From IMG/VR virus record IMGVR_UViG_3300017991_005548, positions 232,328 through 296,327 of that record: 64,000 bases of DNA. The stretch is one strand, 5' to 3'. The translations under genes and the position numbers were made by a program. The notes below the pieces were generated by a model that was given only the letters and a program-made list of their open reading frames with translations, did no database searches and had not been told where the DNA came from. Of this stretch, positions 29,464-41,400 are shown one piece after another (the stretch's first letter is position 1; every line of letters begins with the position of its first letter).

Positions 29464-32400
29464 TTATCCAAAACCAAATAAACAGTATTGATCTGGGAAT
29501 GCCTCTGATGAACTTGAACTTTCGGAGAATCCTTCGCTTGAACTTGAACTTGAACTTTCGGAGAATCCTTCGCTTGAACTTGAACTTTCTGAAGAAGAGC
29601 TTTCTGAAGAAGAGCTTTCAGAGAAACCCTCTGATGAACTGCTACTTGAATCTTTAGAACTACTTGATGACGAAATATCAGCTTCAAAACAAGTTGCCAT
29701 TGCTGACAAACTGATATTAGTACCAGTAACAGTAGTTCCTGTTTCAGTGTACCACCTACCTTTAATGGTATAGGTTCCTGCTGGTAATTTATTTTCTGTT
29801 CTTACAAAAATTGAGCAACTTCCATCTTCATTAGCTGTTCCATGACTTCTTCTAATCTCACCATAATCAGTTCCATCAATGTTGATCGTGAAAAGAACAT
29901 CTCTATTTGCAACATCTGCTGATGTCTGTAATGTCATGCATGCAAAAATGTGGCCCTCTTGATTTAACTGTAGGGTTATGGAAGATCCATCTATATCCTC
30001 TATGGAAGTTGCAGTTGTTGTATCAGAATTAACTATTGTCTGGGATGATGGAAGAAACTCTTCTTGATTTGTTTCGCATCCGAAGGCCGTAAGCATAAAT
30101 GGAGCACCAGTGGCAGTAACTGGAGATTCAACACTCCACCTTCCTTTAACTGTTATGTCTCCAGGACCAAAGTTACTTCCAGTTCTTGAAGCTATACATA
30201 TAGAAGATCTGTCTCCTGCACTTGAATGGAACCTGGTAATAGGCAACTCTTGACCACCAATGTTCAGGGCGCAAGTAATGTCTTTGGCGGCTCCACCAGA
30301 AATGTATGTGGTTGCAGATAGGAAACCAAAAATTGGATGGTTCGTCTGCATGGTCAAGTCTTGAGTTAAGCCATCAATATCCTCTAGTGTTGCAGATGTT
30401 GTTGTGTCATTTGCAACTGTATCATATATTGATGGGATTTCATTTCCATAACAACTCTGCATAGGAATGGCGATAACAGTGATGCTAGTTGCAGATAGAG
30501 TTCCTCCTTCAGTATACCATCTACCTTTAACTGTGTATGTCCCTGCTGGAAGAGTGCTTGGAGTTCTATAAACAACACCAACACTACCATAATCATTTGA
30601 ACTTGACTGGTATCTAGTAATCACAGGAGAATCTGTTCCATTGATGCTAATGGCGAAATAACCTTCTTGGTTATTAGTTGTATTGTTGCTTGATAACGAC
30701 ATGAATCCCATTATGTGGGCATCGTCAACCAATATAACGTCAACGCTTGCTCCATCGATATCCTCAAGAGCGGTTGTATTGGTTGTGGAGTCAGATGCAA
30801 CAACTGCTCTTTCAACAAACATGCAATTAAGACATTCCAAGCTTGAAGAGCTACTTGATGAACTGCTAAATCCTTCACTACTTGAGCTTGAAGGAGAAGA
30901 TTCAGAAATACTTGACGATGACTCAGACAGAGATGAAGACGATTCGGACTGAGAACTCTCTGAGAAAGAACTCTCAGATTGACTACTGCTGGATTCTGAT
31001 GTACTACTTGAGCTAGATGATTCTGAGCTTATACTTTCAGTAAACTCATCGCAGTGTCTGTACCTAAAATGAACGTTCTCTGTAGAACTACTTGATGAGT
31101 TACTACTTGATGATTCACTCTGCGAACTTGAACTTTCTGAGAATCCTTCGGATGAACTGCTTGAAGGAGAGGATTCCGACTGACTAGATGATGATTCTGA
31201 TTGAGAACTACTAGACTCACTTTGTGATGACGAACTCTCTGACTGAGAAGATTCACTTTGAGAACTAGAACTCTCTGACTGCGAAGAACTGGATTCAGAT
31301 TGAGATGAATCGGACTGACTACTTGAGCTTTCAGACTGACTACTTGAGCTTTCAGATTGAGATGAATCGGACTGACTAGATGAACTTTCAGATTGACTAC
31401 TTTCACTTTGTGAACTGCTTGACTCTGATTGACTACTTTCAGACTGAGATGATTCACTTTGAGATGATTCCGATTGACTACTTATACTTTCGGTAAATAA
31501 ATCGCATAACAAATATTTGTAATGAACGTTTTCTGTTGAACTACTTGATGATTCACTACTTGAGCTTTCACTTTGAGAACTTGAGCTTTCAGAGAACCCT
31601 TCAGATGAACTACTTGAGCTTTCAGAGAACCCTTCAGATGAGCTACTTGAGCTTTCAGAGAACCCTTCAGATGAGCTACTTGACTCAGATTGTGACGACT
31701 CTGATTGCGAAGAAGAACTTTCAGACTGGGAGCTACTAGACTCAGATTTACTACTTTCACTTTGACTGCTACTGGACTCTGACTGACTGCTACTGGACTC
31801 ACTTTGTGACGACTCTGATTGCGAAGAAGAACTTTCAGACTGGGAGCTACTGGACTCACTCTGAGATGATTCACTTTGAGAACTACTCGATTCCGATTTA
31901 GAACTACTGGACACAGACGATTCACTCTGACTGCTACTACTTTCTGACTGAGAACTTGAGCTTTCAGATTTTGAACTACTGGATTCTGATTGTGAACTAC
32001 TGGATTCACTTTGAGATGATTCACTCTTAGAACTGCTGGACTCTGATACAGAACTTTCGGAAATCGAACTACTAGATTCAGACTGAGAGCTTTCACTCTG
32101 AGATGATGAACTTTCACTTTCTGATGAGGAGCTTTCTGATTGAGAGCTACTGGACTCAGATTGCGAACTTTCTGATTGAGAGCTACTGGACTCACTTTGA
32201 GATGACTCACTTTTACTACTGCTTGATTCGGATTGAGAAGATTCACTCTTTGAGCTACTGGATTCTGACACAGAACTTTCAGAAATCGAACTGCTAGATT
32301 CTGACTGAGAACTCTCACTCTGCGATGAAGAACTTTCTGACTGACTACTTGAACTCTCACTCTGCGATGAAGACGATTCAGATTGAGAACTCTCACTTTG

Positions 32401-35400
32401 AGATGATGAAGATTCACTTTGAGATGAGGATGATTCAGATTTAGAACTGCTGGACTCAGACTGAGAAGATTCACTTTTACTGCTACTAGATTCAGATTGT
32501 GAACTTTCGCTCTGAGATGATGAACTTTCACTTTCTGAGGAAGAACTCTCTGATTGAGAACTACTAGATACAGAGGATTCACTCTGACTACTTGAACTTT
32601 CTGATTGAGATGATTCTGATTGAGAACTACTGGACTCACTTTGAGATGACGAACTCTCACTTTGACTACTGCTGGATTCAGATTGAGAACTTTCAGATTG
32701 AGAGGAAGATGATTCGCTCTTTGAAGATGAACTCTCGGACTCAGAAGAACTTGATTCACTTTGTGATGATTCAGATTCTGAACTACTCGATTCAGATTGA
32801 GAACTCTCAGACTGAGATGATGAAGATTCACTTTGTGATGAAGATGATTCAGACTGAGAACTACTGGATTCAGATTGTGAAGAGCTGGATTCAGACTGAG
32901 AGCTACTGGATTCAGATTGTGAGCTTTCACTCTGACTAGATGAACTTTCTGATTTAGATGAACTACTTTCTGACTGAGATGATTCAGATTGACTGCTTGA
33001 ACTTTCACTTTCTGACGAAGAACTTTCAGATCTTGAACTGCTGGACTCACTTTGAGATGACTCACTTTGAGATGAACTCGACTCACTTTGAGATGATGAG
33101 CTTTCACTCTGACTGCTACTTGATTCAGATTGAGATGAACTTGATTCAGATTGAGAACTTTCACTCTGAGATGAACTACTTTCGGACTGACTACTGCTGG
33201 ATTCAGACACAGAACTTTCTGACTGAGATGATTCAGATTGACTACTGGAGCTTTCACTCTCTGACGATGAACTCTCAGACTGTGAACTGCTGGACTCTGA
33301 TTTTGAACTGCTGGACTCTGATTGCGAGCTTTCGCTCTGGGAGCTAGAGCTTTCGCTTTGACTACTGCTGGACTCAGATTTTGACGATGAGCTTTCAGAT
33401 TGAGATGATTCAGATTGTGATGAACTTGACTCTGATTCTGAACTACTTGATTCACTTTGAGATGATTCACTCTTACTACTACTGGATTCAGATTGAGAGC
33501 TACTGGACTCACTTTGAGATGATTCAGATTGAGAGCTACTGGACTCAGACTGAGAAGATGAACTTTCGGATTGACTGCTTTCACTTTGTGAACTGCTTGA
33601 CTCTGATTGACTACTTGAACTCTCAGACTGTGAACTACTCGACTCTGATTCAGATGAACTAGACTCACTTTGAGAACTAGATGATTCGGATTTAGAGCTA
33701 GAGCTTTCAGACTGAGAACTTTCGCTCTGACTACTACTTGATTCACTTTGAGATGACTCTGACTGACTACTGCTGGATTCACTTTCTGATGAAGAACTTT
33801 CGCTCTGACTACTACTAGATTCAGACTGAGATGACTCACTTTGAGAGGAAGAACTCTCTGACTGAGACGATTCAGATTGAGAACTTGAGCTTTCAGATTG
33901 AGATGAATCACTCTGACTAGATGATGATTCAGACTGTGAAGAACTGGACTCAGATTGACTGCTACTGGACTCACTTTCAGACGAAGAACTTTCAGATTGG
34001 GATGAACTGGATTCTGATTGAGAGCTTTCACTTTGACTACTGCTGGATTCAGACACAGAACTTTCTGACTGCGAAGATTCGGACTGACTGCTGGAACTTT
34101 CACTTTCTGAAGATGAACTCTTAGATTGTGAACTACTTGATTCAGATTGAGATGAACTTGACTCTGATTCTGAACTACTTGATTCAGATTGTGAACTACT
34201 TGATTCAGATTGTGAACTACTTGATTCAGATTGAGAACTACTGGACTCAGATTGTGAACTACTTGATTCAGACTGTGAACTGCTTGACTCAGATTGACTA
34301 CTACTGGACTCTGACTGAGAACTACTCGATTCAGATTGACTACTGCTTGATTCGGATTGAGAGCTTTCAGATTGAGAAGAGCTAGACTCAGATATAGACG
34401 ATTCACTTTGCGAACTGCTGGACTCTGACTGAGATGAACTAGATTCAGAAACAGAAGATTCAGACTGACTACTTGAACTCTCTGATTGAGATGAAGAGCT
34501 TTCAGAAACAGAAGATTCGCTCTGTGACGAGGATGATTCTGATTCAGATTGTGATGATTCTGATTGAGAACTACTAGACTCACTTTGTGATGACGAACTC
34601 TCTGACTGAGAAGATTCACTTTGAGAACTAGAACTCTCTGACTGCGAAGAACTACTCTCAGATACAGATGACTCAGATTGAGAACTGCTGGACTCTGACT
34701 GTGATGAACTTGATTCGCTCTCTGAGCTTGAGCTTTCACTCTGACTGCTACTAGATTCAGATTTGGAAGAAGAGGATTCACTCTGACTGCTACTAGATTC
34801 AGATTGGGAGCTTGAAGACTCAGACTCACTACTTGAAGATTCACTTTGAGACGATTCTGATTGAGAAGAGCTAGACTCAGATTGACTGCTACTCGATTCA
34901 GACTCAGATGAAGATGATTCTGATTGACTACTCTCTGATTTACTACTACTGGATTCACTTTCGGATTGCGAACTCTCACTTTGACTACTGCTGGATTCAG
35001 ACTGAGAACTTTCAGATACAGAAGACTCACTTTGTGATGAACTAGATTCACTTTGACTACTGCTGGATTCACTTTCTGATGAAGAACTTTCAGACTGAGA
35101 AGAGCTACTTTCAGATTGAGACGAAGAACTCTCTGATTGACTACTACTAGATTCAGACTTAGAACTTGAACTTTCACTAAATAATCCAGAAGATGAACTA
35201 GAGGAACTAACTGGACACTCTCCATTCTGAACATTAGGAGCGGGAGATGTTCCAGACCCAACAAACCAGGTTTCTGTTGATGGAGAAACCCATGGCTCTG
35301 TTATACCAGTGTTATATGCGGAAACGCCCTCTAATGTAGTTGATAAGGTCCATCTACTGATATTAGAGAAGAAAAGAAATCTTGATCCATCACTGTAATA

Positions 35401-38400
35401 TGTAGTGTCGTTATGAACTCCTGCCGCATAGTAACTTCCATTGTAGTTATCGTCTCCCGCTAACTCAACACAATAAACTGGCCCAAGATCTATACTTGAT
35501 ATACTTGAACTCGAATCTATAGATGAACTACTTGAACTAAATTGTTCAGAAGAACTGCTAGATGATGAGCTTTCCCCTTTACTTGAACTACTGGACTCAG
35601 ATTTAGAGGACTCAGATTGAGAACTTGATGATTCTGATTGAGATGATTCACTTTGAGACGACGAACTTTCAGATTTGGACGATTCACTCTGACTAGATGA
35701 ACTTTCTGACTGGCTACTTTCTGACTGAGAACTACTGGATTCACTTTGAGATGATTCACTCTTACTACTGCTGGATTCAGATTGAGAGCTACTGGACTCA
35801 GACTGAGAGGACTCTGATTGTGAAGATGAGCTTTCAGACTGAGATGATTCAGATTGACTGCTTGAACTTTCACTTTCTGACGAAGAACTTTCAGATTTAG
35901 ATGAACTAGACTCACTTTGAGAACTTGAGCTTTCAGACTGCGATGATTCACTTTGAGAACTACTTGATTCACTTTGAGATGATTCAGATTGGCTACTTGA
36001 ACTTTCAGACTGAGATGATTCACTTTGAGATGAAGAACTCACTGATTGCGAAGATTCGCTTTGAGATGAAGACGATTTCGATTGAGATGAACTGGATTCT
36101 GACACAGAACTCTCTGACTGAGAACTGCTGGATTCACTTTCTGACGAAGAACTTTCGGATTTTGAACTTGACGATTCTGATTGTGATGACTCTGACTTGG
36201 ACGAACTACTTTCAGACTGACTGCTACTTGACTCACTTTGAGAGGACTCAGATTGAGAACTTGAGCTTTCAGATTGGCTACTTTCAGATTGAGAACTGCT
36301 GGATTCACTTTTAGAGCTTGAACTATTCGATTGTGAACTACTTGATTCAGATTGTGAACTACTTGATTCAGATTGTGAAGACGAACTCTCAGACTGAGAC
36401 GATTCACTTTGTGAACTACTAGACTCAGATTGACTACTCGAACTTTCGCTCTTACTACTACTGCTTTCAGATTTACTACTTTCTGATTCAGATTGGGATG
36501 ACTCAGATTGAGAACTACTTGAATTAGATTGGCTACTCGAACTTTCGCTCTGCGAACTTTCTGATTGTGATGAACTGGATTCGCTCTGGGAACTTTCAGA
36601 TTGTGATGAACTGGACTCAGACTGGGAACTTTCAGATTGTGATGAACTGGACTCAGACTGAGAACTCTCTGATTTACTACTTTCAGATTGAGATGAGGAT
36701 GACTCAGATTGAGATGAACTACTTTCAGATTGAGATGAGGATGACTCACTTTGAGATGAACTTGATTCTGAAAATTGTTCAGAACTTGAACTTGAACTTT
36801 CAGAGAATTTACCAGATGAACTGGATTCAGAATTTCCCCCACTAGACTCAGAGCTTGTGCTTGACGAGAACTGCTCTGAACTGGAACTAGAGTTTGACGA
36901 AAATTGTTCTGAACTACTGGACTCTGATTGAGACGAACTGGACTCTGATTTACTACTGCTAGATTCACTTTGGGAACTTTCAGACTGAGACGATTCAGAT
37001 TCCGAACTACTGGATTCAGATTGTGAAGATTCACTCTGAGAGCTTGAACTTTCAGACTGAGATGACTCACTTTGAGATGAAGACGATTCACTTTTAGACG
37101 AACTACTTTCAGACTGACTACTGCTGGACTCTGATTGAGACGATGAGCTTTCTGATTGCGAACTTTCTGATTGCGATGACTCTGACTGAGATGAACTACT
37201 CTCAGATTGCGAGGATTCACTCTGAGATGATGAAGATTCGCTCTGACTACTGCTAGATTCTGACTGAGATGATTCACTTTGAGACGAAGAACTCTCTGAT
37301 TGCGAAGATTCGCTTTGAGAACTACTAGATTCAGACTGAGAGGACTCTGATTGTGAAGATGAGCTTTCAGACTGAGAGCTACTGGATTCGCTTTGAGATG
37401 AACTTGACTCTGACTGAGAACTACTAGATTCAGACTGACTACTTTCACTTTGAGAACTACTAGATTCAGACTGAGAACTACTAGATTCAGACTGACTACT
37501 TTCACTTTGAGAACTACTAGATTCAGACTGAGAACTACTGGACTCAGACTGAGATGATTCACTTTGAGAAGACTCTGATTGACTACTACTTGATTCAGAT
37601 TTTGACGATGAGCTTTCAGACTGAGATGATTCACTTTGAGATGAACTGGACTCAGATTGAGATGAACTAGATTCACTTTGGGAACTTTCAGATTGAGAAC
37701 TACTAGACTCGCTTTGAGATGAAGAACTCTCTGATTGCGAAGATTCGCTTTGTGAACTGCTTGATTCAGATTGAGAACTACTTGATTCAGACTGAGAACT
37801 ACTTGATTCAGACTGAGAACTCTCAGATTGCGAAGATGAGCTTTCAGACTGAGAACTACTGGATTCAGACTGACTACTTTCACTTTGAGATGAACTTGAT
37901 TCTGACTGAGAGCTACTGGATTCAGATTGAGACGATTCACTCTTACTACTACTGGATTCGCTTTGAGACGATGATGATTCAGACTGACTACTTTCACTTT
38001 GAGAACTACTGGATTCTGATTCTGATGATGAGCTTTCAGACTGTGATGATTCACTCTGAGATGATGACGAGTCAGACTGCGAACTACTAGATTCACTTTG
38101 AGATGATTCAGACTGAGAGGAAGAAGACTCACTTTGAGATGAACTACTTTCAGACTTACTACTGCTTGATTCACTCTGAGAACTTTCCGACTGCGAAGAA
38201 CTAGACTCAGATTCAGATTGTGAGCTTTCAGATAATGATGAACTACTCTCTGACTGAGATGATTCAGATTGAGAAGACTCTGATTGCGAGGAAGAACTTT
38301 CTGATTGGCTACTTGAACTTTCTGATTGTGAAGACTCACTTTGAGATGAACTTGATTCAGATTGAGATGAAGAACTCTCACTAAATAATCCAGATGAGGA

Positions 38401-41400
38401 ACTTGAAGAACTAACTGGGCATTCTCCCCCTTCTATGTTTGGAGCAGGAGCAGTCCCAGTAAGAGTCTCCCATGACAAAGTGTCAGGATCTACCCAAGGA
38501 GAAGTTATAGAAGTTCGATAGTCTTGTATTTCTGGAGATCTTTGTCCCAAACCCCAACGACTATCATTCGTGAAATACAACTCTTTACCATTTGCATTGA
38601 CAAAGTATGTTGTATCATTATGTACTCCTGCTGGATAATACGATCCATCATACGTTGGATCACCTGCAAATTCAGCACAATATGCCGATTGGATATCTAT
38701 ACTTGATACACTCGAACTTGAATCTATAGATGAACTACTTGAACTGAATTGTTCAGATGAACTGCTAGATGATGAGCTTTCCCCTTTGCTTGAACTACTT
38801 GATTCACTTTGAGAACTTGAACTTTCTGATTGAGATGATTCAGACTGCGAAGAACTGGATTCTGATTGAGATGATTCACTTTGACTACTGCTGGATTCAC
38901 TTTGAGAACTCTCAGACTGCGAAGAACTGGATTCTGATTGAGATGATTCAGACTGAGATGACTCTGATTTTGAAGAACTTGATTCCGATTGAGATGATTC
39001 AGACTGTGAAGAACTACTTTCCGACTGTGAAGAACTACTTTCTGACTGTGAAGATTCACTTTGGCTACTTGAACTCTCTGACTGTGAAGATTCACTTTGA
39101 GAAGAAGATGATTCCGATACAGATGATTCTGATTGAGATGAACTACTCTCTGATACAGATGATTCTGATTGAGATGAACTGGATTCAGATTGAGAACTTT
39201 CACTTTTGCTACTAGAGCTTTCAGACTGAGAACTCTCAGATTGAGAAGAGATGGATTGAGATGATTCTGATTGAGAGCTTGAGCTTTCAGAGAATTTTTC
39301 AGACGAACTTGACTCAGATTTTCCTCCACTTGATTCCGAACTTGATTCTGAACTAAATTTCTCAGAGCTACTGGACTCACTTTGAGATGAACTTGATTCG
39401 GATTGACTACTGCTGGATTCACTCTGAGAGCTTGACGATTCTGATTGAGAACTGCTTGATTCAGACTGAGATGATTCTGATTGAGATGAACTTGATTCTG
39501 ATTCAGATGAAGAACTCTCAGATTGTGATGAGCTACTCTCAGATTGACTACTTTCTGACTGAGATGATTCACTTTGAGAAGAACTCGATTCAGATTGACT
39601 ACTACTTGATTCAGATTGAGAACTTGAGCTTTCAGATTGGCTACTCTCAGATTGACTACTGCTTGATTCGGATTGAGACGACTCACTTTGTGAACTGCTC
39701 GACTCAGATCGTGATGAAGAAGACTCGGATTGGCTACTAGAGCTTTCAGACTGAGATGACTCACTCTGACTAGAGGATGATTCTGATTGAGACGAGGAAC
39801 TCTCTGACTGAGAGCTTTCGCTTTGGCTACTGCTTGATTCTGATTGCGATGAGCTACTCTCCGACTGAGAGCTTGAACTTTCTGATTGCGATGACTCGCT
39901 CTGAGACGAACTCGATTCAGATTGACTACTACTTGATTCTGATACAGATGATTCGCTTTGAGAGCTACTGGATTCAGACTGACTACTTGAACTTTCTGAT
40001 TGAGATGAACTTGACTCGGACTGTGAAGACTCGCTCTGAGAACTACTGGATTCTGATTGCGATGAGGAACTCTCAGAGAATCCCTCTGATGAACTTGAAC
40101 TTTCTGATTGTGAAGAGCTACTTTCACTTTGAGAACTTGAACTCTCTGAGAAACCTCCAGATGAACTAGACTCAGATTGTCCTCCACTAGATGAAGAACT
40201 CGAACTTTCTGAAACCCCTTCAGAAGATGAACTCGAACTCAATGAAAATCTTTCTGATGAACTTGAACTCGATGAAAATCTTTCTGATGAACTTGATTCA
40301 GATTTGGAACTCGATGATTCAGACTGACTACTAGAAGAGATGCCTAAGCTCGAAGATGACTCACTTGAAGAAGAAACGCATGGCCCCTTACAAACAGGCA
40401 AGATGTCTCCACTGGTAATAATGCCTGTCATGTCATTGTCCATGGTGATAAAGACATTCAACCCAGCAATTAACTTAATGAATCCCTGTTCTGGACCGCT
40501 ACTGGTTAACAGACATACAGTTTCCCCTTCTACCCAATCATCAATATGACCTGAGACAAACACAAGATCTTTTAGACCAATAACAAGAATCTCAGTAGTT
40601 TCACAACCATCTAAGCTTGAAGAGCTACTTTCCCCTAAGGAACTCTCTGATGATAATGAGAACCCTTGACTCGATGAACTATAGCGTTGAGAACTTTCTG
40701 AACTAGTTGAGCTTGAAGAGTTGCATGGACCCTTACAAACCTTAATGGTATCACCAACATTGACAATACCCATCATCGATTGTTCCATTCTCAAATAAAC
40801 AGCAGGATCAATTAAAAGATTAACTTTACCCTGATATTCTTGACCCCCAATCTCAAGACATATTAATTCATTAAGCACCCATTCATCAAAATAGTTCGAG
40901 ACAAAAACGATATCAGTTCCACCAACTACTTGAGCAACATTCTCTTCGCAAGAACCCATGCTTGATGAGCTACTCGATGAACTGCTAGTGAAACCTAATG
41001 AAGATGATGATTGAGATGATTGGCTAGACTCACTTGAAGATAAACTACTTGATGAATATCCTTCACTTGAAGAAGAACTGCTCGATGAGTATTTCTCAGA
41101 TGAGCTAGAACTCTCCGAATAACCAAGACTTGAAGAAGAACTACTTGAAGAGTATCTTTCAGATGAACTACTTTCTGAGTATCCTTCTGATGAGCTTGAT
41201 GAGCTTGATGAATCTAATGAACTGCTCGAAGAACTGTAACCTTCTGAAGAAGAACTGCTCGAAGAACTGTAAAGTTTATCAAAGTATGGAGTTTCAAGAA
41301 TGTAAATCGTATCACTCTGATTTACGGCGATACCACCAACTCCGCACCAATCATCTGCTCTAGGATAATCTCTGACCAAAGCTGTGTTACCATCTTGGTC

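Noticed and set aside
29404-29464. Readthrough or frameshift joining the 4276- and 1027-aa Ser proteins
   Set aside because: TAA is followed by further in-frame stops, no slippery site is evident, and the 60-bp gap has its own promoter-like motif
31482-40187. Long alternative-frame ORFs (1260, 780, 487 aa and others) overlapping the giant gene
   Set aside because: Artefact: S, E, Q and K codons have no T at position 2, so the +1 frame cannot form stops; the products are L/N/V/H gibberish
30840-40340. Array as a pure assembly artefact
   Set aside because: Units are sequence-diverged and the frame is preserved for 12.8 kb, which a misassembly is unlikely to do; exact length still needs long reads
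31536-41363. Plus-strand ORFs antisense to the Ser array
   Set aside because: Shadow ORFs of a low-complexity repeat, with no SD and no family motifs
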